Assembly: GCA_963813155.1 (NCBI GenBank) | Contig: CAWEYG010000003.1 | Coordinates: forward strand, 352,001 to 416,000 | Reading direction: 5' to 3' | From: an uncultured Acidobacteriota bacterium | GTDB lineage: Bacteria > Acidobacteriota > Thermoanaerobaculia > UBA5066 > DATFVB01 | DNA length: 64,000 bases | Shown: positions 30,769 to 42,158 of the stretch, in pieces | How the letters are laid out: each line of letters starts with the position of its first letter | Numbering within the stretch: the stretch's first letter is position 1 | Program-made: the position numbers and the translations under genes | Notes under the pieces: generated by a model | Told to the model about the DNA's origin: nothing | The model's database searches: none | Seen by the model: only the letters and a program-made list of their open reading frames with translations

Positions 30769-33187
30769 CTAGCGGGAAGAGCTCCCGATCGGCCGGCCGG
30801 GGGGAGCCTTCGGCCCCGGGAGGCGATTCTTCCGCGTCTCGGGCTTCTCGAAGAACTCGTCGAGGTCCCGCTTCGCGAGCGCCCGAAACTGCTCCTCGTC
30901 CCCGGGCGCGGAGGGGACTGCGGCCCTGCGCCGAAGGCGCGAGAGCTCGCCCCAGGCCGCCGCGCGGACTTCCGGAGAGGCCGAAGGGTTCGCGGCGAGA
31001 TCGAACGCGGAGTCGAGCACGGCTTTTTCCCCCACGCGGCGCAGCGCCGCGAGGCGCGAGGTTTTCGGCGCGGGCGAGCCCCAGGTCGAATCCTCGAGGC
31101 GCTTCAGGACCTCGTCGAGGCGCGGCGCGCCGGGCTCGCGGTCGAGCGTCAACCTCGCCGCGCGCGCCGGGTCGAGGAGCGGTTCGACGATGAGCCCGGC
31201 GAGCGTCCGGGCCGCCGTGAGGGGACTGAAGGTTTCTCCCGCCTCGGAGGGAGAACTGTTCGCGCGTCGGCCTCTCCCCCTGGGGAGGGGCGACGAGCGC
31301 GGCGACGATCGAATCGGGAATGTCGAGGTTTTCCGGAGAGAGCGCCGAGACGAGCAGATCCAGCGCTCTTCGCTGCTGCTTCGGAGAGACCCACGCGACG
31401 GGTTTCTGTCCGTCCCCGGCCAGCGCGTTCGTCTGAAACTGCCCGCCCACGAATTGCTGGGCGGCCTGGATCGCGAACCGGTGGTACAGATACGCGAGCG
31501 AGAACCGCTCTTCCAGATCGTGCACGGGCTCCCCGGGAGCGAGCTGACTCGCGCCGAACCGCGCGAGAATCGCCCCCCGAACTTCCTGGGTGGTCTTGAG
31601 CCACTCGACCGGGTCGCTGCCCCAGTCGTACTCGGCCCAGCGCGGGTCGCTCTCGAGCGGATAGACCTGCCCCTTCGAATAACCGTCGCGGACGATCTCG
31701 CCGAGCCGCGCCGGATCGTTCGAAGCCGTGTATCCCCACCGGATCATCAACCGGTCGTAAGAGCCGACGTCGGCGGGATAGGCGTCCGAGAGGTCGAACT
31801 TGCCGTTCTTGAGCTGGATGTTCGGCGCGAGGTAATCCATGACGGACCCCCACCCGAACGTCGTCGCGGCCCAGTTGTGCATCAGGCCGAGCGTGTGGCC
31901 GACCTCGTGCGCGGCGAGGTAGCGGAGTCTCTCGAGCACGAGGGATTGCTCATCGATTCCCGGATCCCCCGGGCCGCCCGCCGCGAGCCAGGAGTAGTCG
32001 GGAGAGTCTCCGGCGCTGCAGCCGCCGGAGGGGGTCTGGAGATTGCGCCAGATCCGCGAGGTCGTCCGCCGCCGGTGGGAATCGATCCGCGCGACGCCGT
32101 GAAGGATTTCGCCCGTGCGCGGATCGACCTGGATCTCTCCGACCGACCATCCCCGCTCCGCGCGATTGACCCACTCGACGCCGGAATAGCGGACGTCCAG
32201 GAAAGTGGCTCCGACCGGAAGGTCTTCGAGTCGAAGCGCGTCCGGGAAGCCGGCCTCCGCGAAAGCGTGATTCCACCAGAGCACGGCGCCGCGAATCGCC
32301 GCGCGCTCCGGCTCCGGAATTCCACGGTCGAGGTAATAGACGATCGGGTGCGCGGCGTCGAGCCGCCAGCGCGTCGCCAGGTAGCGCTCGATCGGTTGCG
32401 ACACCGGAGCGGTCTGGTCCCGGTAGAACAGGGGAATGAATCCGATCCGAGGGTCCAGCGGCCGCGGTTCGAATCCCGGCTCCGGCAGCTGAACGAACGA
32501 GTGGTGGATGCGCAGCGTCATCGTCCGGCCGTCCGGCAGGACGTCCGCAGCCGCCGGCGAGGGGTTGTCGGAGACGTACGAGAGCTGCGCTTCGATTTCC
32601 GTGTTCCGGGGGAAAGCGCCCGTCCTCTCGAAATGGAGGGCGGAACGCGCGGCGTCCTGCCTCCAGTCGCCCTGCCGGGCCTGGCGGAGAATCGGCAGCA
32701 CCTCCGTGTCGCGCAGCAGAAACTCGGTCGCGTCGACGAGCGCCCGGTCTCCCTCTTCCGCGACGACCGGCATCGCCGCAAGGATCGACGTCGGAAACGA
32801 CTCTTCGACGACGCGCGTTCGCTCGGGGTCCGGGTCCCCGCTGCGGTTCGTCGTCTGCTCCTGCACGAGGAGCACTCTCGGACCGACGCGCTCGAACCGG
32901 CACAGGCCGAGGCTTCCCGGCTGCCCCCGGTCGAGAAACGTCTCGATCATCCCCGTTCCCGACGCAAGGCCCGATCCGTAGAGGAATTTCCCCTTTCCGG
33001 CCGAAATCTCGAGCAGCAGCGCGCCCTTCCGCGCGTCCCAGTAGTACGGGATGAACCCGTCGTGACGCTGGAGACCCGCGGTGCGCTGCGAAATCGACGC
33101 CGGCGGCTCGTCCGGCGCGGCGAGGAGAGCCAGCGGAAAAGCGGCAAGGACCGAGGCGAAGAGCAGGCGAAAAAATCTCTGGTTCAT
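30769..33187 (-). CDS. Exported zinc metalloprotease (metzincin, DUF4953/DUF5117-like); apparent frameshift near 31250
   Basis: Signal peptide; DPRIGF, DPRTGEIL, HEVGHTLGLMHN, SVMDY Met-turn. Confidence 0.88.
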
Positions 33188-33235
33188 CCGGTCATTAAAT
33201 CACGCGCCGGCGCGCCGCACTAGAATCGCGACGCG

Positions 33236-34237
33236 GTGGAACGACAGAACTACATCCCGCCCCTCTGGCTGCGAAATCCGCACGTCCAGCTCGCGCTGGG
33301 GCCATTGCTGCGGAGCCGAAGACTCGTGGCGTTCCGGCGCGAGGCGCTCGAGACGGCGGACGGCGACGAAATCCTCCTCGATCACGTCGACGCGGGACGC
33401 GGCGATCGGCCGCGTCTTCTCGTCCTCCACGGCCTCGAGGGGAGCTCGTTCTCCGTCTACGCGCAGGGGCTGCTCGCCCTCGCGCAGGCTCGCGGCTGGA
33501 ACGGAACGGCGCTGAACTTCCGGTCCTGCGCGCGCGACCCCTCCCGGCCTTCGAGGCGAATCGCGAACCGCACCGCGCGCCTGTATCACTCGGGCGAAAC
33601 GCGGGACCTCGACCTGGCGGTCGAGACGCTCGCCCGCCGCGAGCCGAGCGCGCCGCTCGTCGCCGTCGGAGCTTCCCTCGGCGGCAACGTCCTGCTCAAG
33701 TGGCTGGGAGAGCATCCGGGCCAGCGGCGGGTGCGGGCGGCCGCGGCGATTTCAACGCCCTACGACCTCTCCGCCTGCGCCCGGAATCTCGAATCGCGGA
33801 TGGGACGCGTCTACGTCTCGGCCTTCCTTCGCACCCTCCGCCCCAAGGCCCTCTCGGTCGTTCGCCGGTTCCCGGACGCCGCCCGGCGGATCGATCCGGC
33901 GCGCGTTGCCGCCGCCCGCACGTTCTTCGAGTTCGACGACGCCGCGACGGCGCCCCTCCACGGATTCGAAGGCGCGGACGACTACTATTCGCGCTCGAGC
34001 TCGCTCGGTTACCTGCCGAAGATCGACACCGAATCGCTTTGCATGACCGCGCGCGACGACCCGTTCCTTCCGGGTCGAGTCGCCGCGGCAGCTCGCGACG
34101 CCGCGTCGCCGGCCGTCGAGTTTCGGATGCCCGACCGGGGCAGTCATCTCGGATTTCTCTCGGGCCGCAACCCCTGGACGCTCCGGTCGTGGGCCGAACA
34201 GGGCGTGATCGCCTGGCTGGAGGAGAGAATTGGCTGA
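33236..34237 (+). CDS. YheT-family alpha/beta hydrolase
   Basis: NPHVQ, LHGLEGSS, YHSGET, GASLGGN, DDPF, GSHLGF. Confidence 0.88.
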   Translation: MERQNYIPPLWLRNPHVQLALGPLLRSRRLVAFRREALETADGDEILLDHVDAGRGDRPRLLVLHGLEGSSFSVYAQGLLALAQARGWNGTALNFRSCARDPSRPSRRIANRTARLYHSGETRDLDLAVETLARREPSAPLVAVGASLGGNVLLKWLGEHPGQRRVRAAAAISTPYDLSACARNLESRMGRVYVSAFLRTLRPKALSVVRRFPDAARRIDPARVAAARTFFEFDDAATAPLHGFEGADDYYSRSSSLGYLPKIDTESLCMTARDDPFLPGRVAAAARDAASPAVEFRMPDRGSHLGFLSGRNPWTLRSWAEQGVIAWLEERIG

Positions 34238-35018
34238 GCGCCGGGTCCCCGCGTTCCGGCGTTTCGGAATGCTCGCGCGGCTCGGGCATTTTGCCCGGGC
34301 CGTCGTTTACCTCGCGATGGGCATCTGGACGGCGCGGGCGGCGGTCTTCAGTCATGCCCGGGCGGTCGGCCCCGGCGCCGCGCTGAAGGCCGTCCTCGGC
34401 GGCGCGGAGGGCCGACTCTTCGTCGGCGCCGTGGCCTTCGGGTTCTTCGCCGACGCTCTCTTCCGGCTGATTCAGGCTCTCTCGCGGAAAAAGCGGGGAA
34501 TTCTCGCGCGACTGGCGTTCTTCGTTCGGGCCGTCGGCGCGGCCGCCCTCGGCGCGACCGCCTTTCAGGTCTATCGAAACGTGCGGCTGCAGCGGGAGGG
34601 GGACTTTCTCCGGGAAAGGCTCGGCTGGGTCATGGCTCGGCCGTGGGGGACGAAGGCCATCATCGTGGCCGGCGCGATCGCCGCCATCGTCGGTCTCCGG
34701 GAGATCTTCCAGGGCGCGACCGGACGTCTCCGCGAGACCTTCGTGAAAAAGAGAATGGGAAGGCTCGAGAAAAAATGGTCGATCCCCGTGGCCCGGTTCG
34801 GCCTCGCCGCGCACGGAATTCTCGTCGCGGTCATGGGCTTCTTCCTCGTGCGTGCGGGACTGGCCGCCAATCCGAGCGGCGCCGTGCTGACCGGAGGAGC
34901 CCTCCGGCGCGTCGGCCTCCTGCCGTTCGGTTCGGCGATCCTGGCGGGGCTCGCCGTCGGGTTGATCGCCTACGGGCTTTCCCAGCTGCTCTTCGGCTTC
35001 TATCGCCGCGAGTCGTGA
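34230..35018 (+). CDS. DUF1206-family membrane protein
   Basis: ARLGHFARAVVY and internally repeated TM blocks ending GLIAYG. Confidence 0.75.
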   Translation: MAERRVPAFRRFGMLARLGHFARAVVYLAMGIWTARAAVFSHARAVGPGAALKAVLGGAEGRLFVGAVAFGFFADALFRLIQALSRKKRGILARLAFFVRAVGAAALGATAFQVYRNVRLQREGDFLRERLGWVMARPWGTKAIIVAGAIAAIVGLREIFQGATGRLRETFVKKRMGRLEKKWSIPVARFGLAAHGILVAVMGFFLVRAGLAANPSGAVLTGGALRRVGLLPFGSAILAGLAVGLIAYGLSQLLFGFYRRES

Positions 35019-35320
35019 TCCGGCCTGCCGAGCCGGTCCAGGTCTTCCGTGCCGATCACCGGCTTCCAGGGGAGGATCTCGTACTGTGCCATCCCGTCCC
35101 GAACGAACGGGTCGGCGTCGCGAATGGCGTCCAGTTCGGCGGTCGTCGACCCTTCCGGGACCCTCAGGAGCAACGCGCCTCCCGAACGCGGATCGAAAGG
35201 GCCCGACGCGAGCAGGATTCCCCGGTCCCGAAGCTCTCGCAGATACGAACGGTGGGCGTCGAGCCGCGTCAGGATCTCCTCGAGACTCCGGCGGTAACGA
35301 AGAATCGCGAGCACGTACAT
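35000..35320 (-). CDS. YciI-family protein
   Basis: AHRSYL, LASGP, GALLL, DPFV. Confidence 0.85.
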   Translation of the reverse strand: MYVLAILRYRRSLEEILTRLDAHRSYLRELRDRGILLASGPFDPRSGGALLLRVPEGSTTAELDAIRDADPFVRDGMAQYEILPWKPVIGTEDLDRLGRPDHDSRR

Positions 35321-35364
35321 GAAGATCCGATTATCTCAGAGTTGAAGAAGATAGAATCCCCGAA

Positions 35365-38244
35365 ATGCCGCCCACGCGCCCGGCCGGGAAGGCCGACGAA
35401 GCCGTTTCGGACCGAACGCCCTCCTCCGGCGAAATTCAGCACGAATTCGAAGCCCTTCTCCAGGCGCAGAGCGATCTCGGCGAGGGGTTCTTCCTCAGCA
35501 AAGGACAGAAGCTCACGTACGTCAACGAGGCGTTCTGCAAGATCTCCGGGTACCCGGCGAGCGAGCTGCTCGCGCTTCCGTCCTTTCTGGACCTCGTGGA
35601 TCCGGAGATGCGTCCCATGCTGGAAAAGCGCCTCCGGGAACGCATCGCCGGAAAGGAGGTCCCCGATCACTACGAGTCGGCCCTCCTGAGGAAAGACGGC
35701 ACCCGTGTGGAGCTCGAGGTCGCCGTCAAGCGGTACAGCCCGGAGGATCCCACGAAAATCATGGCGATCCTCCGGGACATCACGTCGCGAAAAAGGGGCG
35801 AGGAGGCGAATCGCCGGACGCTGTCGCTTCTCGCGGCGACTCTCGAATCGACGGCGGACGGCCTTCTCGTCGTCGACGGCACCGGAAAGATCGTCAGCTT
35901 CAACCAGCGCTTCCTCGAGATGTGGCAGATCCCGGATGTCGTGGCGGCGACGGGAGACGACAACGCCGCCCTGTCGGTCGTCGTCAGCCAGCTCCAGGAC
36001 CCCGACTCCTTCCTGCGCAAGGTCCGCGAGCTGTATTCCCACCCCCAGGCGGAGAGTTACGACGTTCTCGAGTTCCTCGACGGGCGCGTTTTCGAGCGGT
36101 ATTCGATTCCCCAGCGCCTTCACGGCGAGAGTGTGGGCCGGGTGTGGAGTTTCCGGGACGTCACCTCCCGGCAACGCGCGGAAGAGGCCTTGCGCGAGAG
36201 TGAAGGCCGCTATCGCGAGGTCGTCGAGAACCTCAACGAAGGGTTGCTGATCACCGACCCTGCCGACACGATCCTCTTCCTCAATCCCCGGATGGCGGAA
36301 ATGGCCGGACGGACGGTTGCGGAGCTGACCGGGCGAACCGCGCACAGGGAGCTTCTGCCCCCGGAAGAATGGCCTTCCATCGACGAGAGGAATCGCCGGC
36401 GTCTTCTCGGCGAGAGCGAGCGCTACGAAGTCGAGATGGTCCGCAAAGACGGCGGCCGCTTCTCGGCGGAGGTGAACGGCATCCCCTTTCGCAACGCCGC
36501 CGGGGAAATCGTCGGAACCCTGGCCGCGATCACGGACATCACGGAGCGCAAGCAGGCCGTGGAGTCGCTCCGCCGGTCCGTCGCGGAATACCGCGACCTC
36601 TTCGAGAAGGCCAACGACGCGATCCTGATCCTGCGGCCCGAAGACCAGACGATCCTCGAAGCGAACCGGAAGGCGTGCGAAACGTACCGGCTTCCGCACG
36701 ACGAAATCGTCGGGAAGAGCCTGAAGAGCTTCACGCGCGATGTCTACCGGAGCGAGGAGCAGATTCGCCGCATCCTGCGCGAAGGAAGCAGCGAGAATTT
36801 CGAGACCGTGCATTTCGGGCGCGACGGCACGCCGGTCGACCTTCTCGTCAGTTCGTCCCTCGTCGACTACCGGGGAGGGACCGCGATTCTCTCGGTTTGC
36901 CGCGACATCACTGAGAGCAAGCGCGCGAAGGTCCAGATCGAGCGCCTCGCCTACCACGATGCCCTCACGAACCTGCCGAATCGGACCCGCTTCGCCGATC
37001 GCCTCGATCTCGCGCTCTCGCAGGCCCGGATCGAGGGCTACCACGTCGCGATCCTGTTCCTCGATCTGGACCGCTTCAAGGTCGTCAACGACAGCCTTGG
37101 CCATAAGGTGGGCGATCTTCTCCTCCAGAAGGCCGCGAATCGGCTCGCTCAAATCATCCGAGGAGGGGACACGCTCGCGCGTCTCGGCGGCGACGAATTC
37201 ATCATTCTGCTCTCCCAGATCGAAAACGACGACGACGCCTCGCGCGTCGCGCAAAAAATCCTCCACCTGTTCAAGAAGCCCTTCGTCCTCGGCGACCGAG
37301 AGCTGTTCGTGAGCGCGTCCATCGGGATCAGCATCTATCCTCAACACGGCGAAGATCGCGAGACGCTCGTCAAGAACGCGGACATCGCGATGTACCGTGC
37401 CAAGCAGGAGGGTCGCGACAACTTCCAGGTTCACACGTCCCGGCACACGCACGACGCGATCACCCGCCTCGCCCTCGAGACGGACCTCCGCAAGGGTCTC
37501 CAGAACGGCGTCTTTCCCGTCTACTACCAGCCGCTGATCGACCTCGGGACGGGCGAGATCGTCGGCGCCGAGGCTCTTGCGCGGTGGCGGCATCCCCTTC
37601 GGGGACTCATGCGCCCGGCAGAATTCATCCCGATCGCCGAAGAGACAGGCCTCATCGTGCCGCTCGGAGCCCGAATCCTCCGCGAGGCGTGCCGGCAAAC
37701 GCGCCAGTGGCACGCGCTCGGGTTTCCCGGCCTGAGGGTGTCGGTGAATCTCTCGGCGCGCCAGTTTCACCAGCAGGACCTGGTGCGCCAGGTCGGTGAA
37801 GTGCTGGAAGCGACGGGGATCCCGGCCGAGCAGCTCGAGCTCGAAATCACCGAGAGCATCGCGATGCAAAACGTGGAGGTCAATGTCGTGACGCTTCGGC
37901 AGCTCAAAGCGCTGGGCATCCGGATCACGATCGACGACTTTGGGACCGGCTATTCGTCGCTCTCCTACCTGAAGAAGTTTCCGATCGACACGATCAAGAT
38001 CGACCAGACGTTCGTCCGCGACGTGACGACCGACGCCAACGACGCCGCCATTGTTCGCGCCGCGATCGTCATGGCGCACGAGCTGAAGCTCAACGTGATC
38101 GCCGAGGGAGTCGAGACCCGGGACCAGCTCGAATTTCTCAAGCGCCGGAAATGCGACGAAATGCAGGGCTACCTTTTCAGCGAGCCGCTGACGAACGACG
38201 CGTTCGAGGCTCTTCTTCGGAGCGGCAAGACCTTTCCGGTCTAG
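35365..38244 (+). CDS. Multi-PAS diguanylate cyclase/phosphodiesterase (GGDEF-EAL)
   Basis: About four PAS/PAC modules; [39 protein letters not shown]. Confidence 0.95.
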   Translation: MPPTRPAGKADEAVSDRTPSSGEIQHEFEALLQAQSDLGEGFFLSKGQKLTYVNEAFCKISGYPASELLALPSFLDLVDPEMRPMLEKRLRERIAGKEVPDHYESALLRKDGTRVELEVAVKRYSPEDPTKIMAILRDITSRKRGEEANRRTLSLLAATLESTADGLLVVDGTGKIVSFNQRFLEMWQIPDVVAATGDDNAALSVVVSQLQDPDSFLRKVRELYSHPQAESYDVLEFLDGRVFERYSIPQRLHGESVGRVWSFRDVTSRQRAEEALRESEGRYREVVENLNEGLLITDPADTILFLNPRMAEMAGRTVAELTGRTAHRELLPPEEWPSIDERNRRRLLGESERYEVEMVRKDGGRFSAEVNGIPFRNAAGEIVGTLAAITDITERKQAVESLRRSVAEYRDLFEKANDAILILRPEDQTILEANRKACETYRLPHDEIVGKSLKSFTRDVYRSEEQIRRILREGSSENFETVHFGRDGTPVDLLVSSSLVDYRGGTAILSVCRDITESKRAKVQIERLAYHDALTNLPNRTRFADRLDLALSQARIEGYHVAILFLDLDRFKVVNDSLGHKVGDLLLQKAANRLAQIIRGGDTLARLGGDEFIILLSQIENDDDASRVAQKILHLFKKPFVLGDRELFVSASIGISIYPQHGEDRETLVKNADIAMYRAKQEGRDNFQVHTSRHTHDAITRLALETDLRKGLQNGVFPVYYQPLIDLGTGEIVGAEALARWRHPLRGLMRPAEFIPIAEETGLIVPLGARILREACRQTRQWHALGFPGLRVSVNLSARQFHQQDLVRQVGEVLEATGIPAEQLELEITESIAMQNVEVNVVTLRQLKALGIRITIDDFGTGYSSLSYLKKFPIDTIKIDQTFVRDVTTDANDAAIVRAAIVMAHELKLNVIAEGVETRDQLEFLKRRKCDEMQGYLFSEPLTNDAFEALLRSGKTFPV

Positions 38245-38744
38245 CCGCTCCGTCCGGGCGGATGCGCCGGGTGAATCGCTTCGCCGCGAACGACCGATAC
38301 TGCGTGGGGAATGAGCCCGGCGACCGCCGACAGGCAGTCGACGGCGCCTCGCGGAGATCCGGGCAGGGCGAGGATCAGGGTCCTTCCCCTCACGCCCGCG
38401 ACTGCGCGCGAGAGGTAGGCAGCCGGAAAGGCTTCCCCGGTCTCGGCCCGCATCCGCTCCGCCAGCCCCGGCACCTCGATGTCGAGAACTGCGCGAACGG
38501 CTTCCGGCGTGCGGTCGCGGGGCGAGACGCCCGTTCCTCCCGTCACGACGATGAGATCCAGCTTCTCGGCGCACCACCGGCGAAGGAGAATCTGGATCTC
38601 CTCCGGCTCGTCCGGCAGAACGGCCGACGTGGCGATCTCGGCGCCGCACATCTCCAGCAGCGCCTTCCGGACGGCCGGTCCTCCGCCGTCTTCGCGCGTT
38701 CCCCGCGCGACGGTGTCGGAAACGGTCAACACCCCGGCTCTCAC
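38241..38744 (-). CDS. MogA/MoaB molybdopterin adenylyltransferase family
   Basis: [25 protein letters not shown]. Confidence 0.9.
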   Translation of the reverse strand: MRAGVLTVSDTVARGTREDGGGPAVRKALLEMCGAEIATSAVLPDEPEEIQILLRRWCAEKLDLIVVTGGTGVSPRDRTPEAVRAVLDIEVPGLAERMRAETGEAFPAAYLSRAVAGVRGRTLILALPGSPRGAVDCLSAVAGLIPHAVSVVRGEAIHPAHPPGRSG

Positions 38745-39238
38745 CGCGCCCGCCGCCCCGGCCGCGAAGCCAGAAAGCGGCCCGACCGGCCGCCGGTCTT
38801 TTCGAGCAGACGAATCTCCCCGATGACGGCAGAGCGATCGATCGCCTTCACCATGTCATAGACGGCGAGACACGCCGCCGACACCGCGACGAGAGCCTCC
38901 ATTTCGACTCCGGTTCGTCCCCGGATCGAGGCGGAAGCGGCGACGACGACCCGGAGCGCGGCGCCGTCGAGCGTCAGATCGACCGAAATCGAGTCGAGCG
39001 ACAGTGGATGGCAGAGCGGAACGATCTCCGAGGTCCTCTTCGCCGCCTGGATGCCCGCGATTCTCGCGACGGCGAGAGCATCGCCCTTCGCGAGTCTCCC
39101 GTCGAGCAGCGCTCGAAAGGCGGCGCGGGAGAGCCGGACTTCTCCCGAGGCCCGAGCCGAACGCTTCGTCGTTCTCTTGTTTCCCACGTCGACCATCCGG
39201 GCCCGGCCGCGGGTGTCGAGATGCAGGGCTCTGCGCAC
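38741..39238 (-). CDS. moaC: Cyclic pyranopterin monophosphate synthase
   Basis: RMVDVG, KGDAL, PLCHPL, TGVEMEAL, YDMVKA, KTGGRSG. Confidence 0.95.
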   Translation of the reverse strand: MRRALHLDTRGRARMVDVGNKRTTKRSARASGEVRLSRAAFRALLDGRLAKGDALAVARIAGIQAAKRTSEIVPLCHPLSLDSISVDLTLDGAALRVVVAASASIRGRTGVEMEALVAVSAACLAVYDMVKAIDRSAVIGEIRLLEKTGGRSGRFLASRPGRRAR

Positions 39239-39294
39239 GGATGAATTGTACCGGCGATCCGGAATCCCCGGGCGGGTATGAAATAATCTTCGTC

Positions 39295-41241
39295 GTGGGA
39301 ACCCCGTCCGACTTCGGCTTCTTCCGCGTCGCGGCGGCGGTGCCTGTCTGCGCCCCCGCCCAGCCCCGGGTCAACGCCCGGAGGATCGCCGAGCTCGCCC
39401 AGCGCGCGGCCGACGAGGGCGCCCGGCTGGTCGTCTTCCCCGAGCTCTCTCTCACAGGGTACACGGCGGGAGACCTCTTCCTCCAGAAACGGCTCGAAGA
39501 CGAAGCCCGCGACGCAGCGCTGTGGCTGGAGCAGAACCTTCCGGCGTCGATCGTCACGGTCGCGGGCGTGCCGTGGCGCAACGGCGGAATGCTCTTCAAC
39601 ACGGCAATCGTGTTCGCGGGAGGCCGGATCGAAGGCTTCGTTCCGAAGACGTTTCTTCCGAACTACAAGGAGTACTACGAGAAGCGATGGTTCGTCTCGG
39701 GGCTCTCCGCGCGCTCCTCGGAGGTCCCCGTCGGGGCCCGCTCGGTGCCGTTCGGGACCGACCTGCTCTTCCGGGGGTCCTGGGAACGGCCGATCGTGTT
39801 CGGAATCGAGATCTGCGAGGACCTCTGGGTCCCGACGCCGCCTTCCTCGTTCCAGGCGCTCGCGGGCGCTCAGCTCCTCCTGAATCTCTCCGCTTCCGAC
39901 GACACGATCGGCAAGCGCGAATATCGCAGGGCGAACCTGGTCGCGTCCCAGTCCGCGCGCTGCCTCGCCGGAATGATCTTCGTCTCGTCGGGCCCGGGCG
40001 AATCCTCCTCCGACCTCGTCTTCGGTGGACATTCCCTGATCGCCGAAAATGGCGCAATCCTCGAAGAGCGCCGGGGCTTCCAGGAGGGCCCGACGCTCGC
40101 CGTCACCGAGATCGACATCGACCGGTTGACGGCAGACCGGGACCGCATCGGGAGCTTTGCCGACGCGGCGGCGCTGAGCCCTGCGCGTTTCCGCGTCCTC
40201 GAGCTGCCCCGGCTCGAAACGAAACCGGCGCTCGCGTTCTCGCGGTACGTCGAGCCGCACCCGTTCGTTCCCGACGACCCTTCGACCCTCGACGCGCGAT
40301 GCGAAGAGGTCGCGAGCATTCAGGCGGCCGGGCTCGTCCGCCGCCTCCAGCATGTTTCCCCGTCGAGGCCCGTCCTCGGCCTCTCGGGCGGCCTCGATTC
40401 GACGCTCGCCGCGCTCATTTCGCTTCGAGCGCTCGAGCAGCTCGAGCGGCCCGCTCACGACCTCCTGACGGTCTCCATGCCCGGTCCGGGGACTTCCGCG
40501 CGCACCCGCGAAAATGCCCATCGGCTCGCCTGCTCGCTCGGGGCCGAGTTTCGCGAAATCGACATTCGCGCCGCCCTCCACCAGCACCTGACGGACCTGA
40601 AGCACTCGGGCTCGGCCGACCTCGCGTACGAAAACGCGCAGGCGCGGGAGCGGACCCAGATCCTGATGGATCTCGCGAACGCGGAACACGGCATCGTGGT
40701 CGGCACGGGCGACCTCTCCGAGATTGCGCTCGGGTGGTCGACGTACGGCGGCGATCATCTGTCGATGTACGCCGTGAATTCTTCCGTTCCCAAAACGCTC
40801 GTCCGCCACGTGGTCGGGTGGTTCGCCCGCCACGCCGACCCGAAAATCGCGCGCGTGCTCGACGACGTGCTCGGCACTCCCGTCTCGCCGGAGCTCCTGC
40901 CGCTCGAATCGGGCGCCGAGATGCCCCAGCGCACCGAGGACATCCTCGGCCCGTACGAGTTGCACGATTTTTTCCTCTACCATTTCCTGCGGGGCGGCGA
41001 TCCGCCGAGGAAGCTGCTGTTTCTCGCCGGCCGCGCCTTCGGCGATAAATATCCGGCCGCCGTGGTGACCCGGACGCTGCGGACGTTCCTGACGCGCTTC
41101 TTCGCGAATCAGTTCAAGCGCAACGCCATGCCGGACGGTCCGAAAGTCGGTACGGTGGCCCTGTCCCCGAGGGGCGACTGGAGAATGCCCGCGGACGTCT
41201 CGCCGGAGGCGTGGCTCGCCGATCTCGACAACGAGGGCTGA
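39295..41241 (+). CDS. nadE: Glutamine-dependent NAD+ synthetase
   Basis: Nitrilase domain FPELSLTGY, PKTFLPNY, EICEDLW; SGGLDST, ENAQARERT, QFKR. Confidence 0.93.
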   Translation: MGTPSDFGFFRVAAAVPVCAPAQPRVNARRIAELAQRAADEGARLVVFPELSLTGYTAGDLFLQKRLEDEARDAALWLEQNLPASIVTVAGVPWRNGGMLFNTAIVFAGGRIEGFVPKTFLPNYKEYYEKRWFVSGLSARSSEVPVGARSVPFGTDLLFRGSWERPIVFGIEICEDLWVPTPPSSFQALAGAQLLLNLSASDDTIGKREYRRANLVASQSARCLAGMIFVSSGPGESSSDLVFGGHSLIAENGAILEERRGFQEGPTLAVTEIDIDRLTADRDRIGSFADAAALSPARFRVLELPRLETKPALAFSRYVEPHPFVPDDPSTLDARCEEVASIQAAGLVRRLQHVSPSRPVLGLSGGLDSTLAALISLRALEQLERPAHDLLTVSMPGPGTSARTRENAHRLACSLGAEFREIDIRAALHQHLTDLKHSGSADLAYENAQARERTQILMDLANAEHGIVVGTGDLSEIALGWSTYGGDHLSMYAVNSSVPKTLVRHVVGWFARHADPKIARVLDDVLGTPVSPELLPLESGAEMPQRTEDILGPYELHDFFLYHFLRGGDPPRKLLFLAGRAFGDKYPAAVVTRTLRTFLTRFFANQFKRNAMPDGPKVGTVALSPRGDWRMPADVSPEAWLADLDNEG

Positions 41242-41245
41242 AGCG

Positions 41246-41569
41246 TCAGTATCTCGGGACCGAAGGGTCCACGAGAGTCGACCACGCGTCGATGCCGCCG
41301 GCGAGGTTCCGCACCCGCGAATACCCGTTGCGAAGCAGGTACATCGCGACCTGGGCCGAGCGGGAGCCGTGGTGACAGAACACAATGATGTCGTGGTCCG
41401 GGGGAAGCTCGGCCGCGCGGGGCGGGACCTCGCGCATGGGGATCCACACGGAGCCCTCGATCGAGGCGCGGTCGCGCTCGAAGCCCTCGCGCACGTCCAG
41501 CAGGACGGCCTCTCCCTTTTCGAACCTCGCCTTTGCCTCGGCCGCGGAGATCTCGAACTCGTCGTTCAT
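41246..41569 (-). CDS. Rhodanese-like protein
   Basis: LDVRE, CHHGSRS, NLAGGIDAWS, VDPSVPRY. Confidence 0.9.
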   Translation of the reverse strand: MNDEFEISAAEAKARFEKGEAVLLDVREGFERDRASIEGSVWIPMREVPPRAAELPPDHDIIVFCHHGSRSAQVAMYLLRNGYSRVRNLAGGIDAWSTLVDPSVPRY

Positions 41570-41574
41570 CGGGC

Positions 41575-42117
41575 TCAGAATCCTTCCAGAATGCTCGTCA
41601 CGAGCGATTGCGCGAAACGGTCCGCCTCGGCGTCGACCGCGACGTTCTCGAGATCCGAGAAGTTCGCCGCCGAAACGTTTCCCGCCGCGACATCGTAGTT
41701 CTCCCGGAACGTGTAGGCGTCGTTTTTCCAGATGACCTTCCCGTCGGGAAGCTGCGTCAGCGAGACCTTGACCACGATCTGAATCTGATACTGCGTCGCC
41801 CGCCCGAGCGAGTCCGCCGCGACCGGATACAGGGAAAAGGACGTGATCTCGCCGGAGAGCTGCGCGTCGCCGTCCCCCTCCCGGGCGGAAACCGAGAACC
41901 GCCCGCGCGACGCGAGCTCGGAGGCCACCGCTTTCGAGAGCCGCTGCTCGAGCCCGACTCGCGGGGTCGAATTCTTGAACGTCGGGAAGGAGACCCGCTT
42001 GACGGACTCCGGCAGGAAGCTCCCGCGGCCGACGAGCGCGTACCCGCAGGCCGCCGTCCCGGCGAGAGATCCAACGAGGAAGACTTGAAGCAGCCGTCCC
42101 GCGAATCTCCGCCTCAC
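41575..42117 (-). CDS. lptE: LPS-assembly lipoprotein LptE family (start may be 42159)
   Basis: Lipobox ...AAC-GY; conserved position downstream of leuS. Confidence 0.75.
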   Translation of the reverse strand: MRRRFAGRLLQVFLVGSLAGTAACGYALVGRGSFLPESVKRVSFPTFKNSTPRVGLEQRLSKAVASELASRGRFSVSAREGDGDAQLSGEITSFSLYPVAADSLGRATQYQIQIVVKVSLTQLPDGKVIWKNDAYTFRENYDVAAGNVSAANFSDLENVAVDAEADRFAQSLVTSILEGF

Positions 42118-42158
42118 GGACCGACGCTCCGCCGCGGGCGCTTCGACGTTCTGCCGCA

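Noticed and set aside
35269-38649. Very long antisense or alternate-frame ORFs (this 1126-aa ORF; also 17309-19672, 27942-31193, 58846-61314, 61504-63777)
   Set aside because: Typical stop-poor shadow frames of high-GC genes, overlapping well-supported CDSs.
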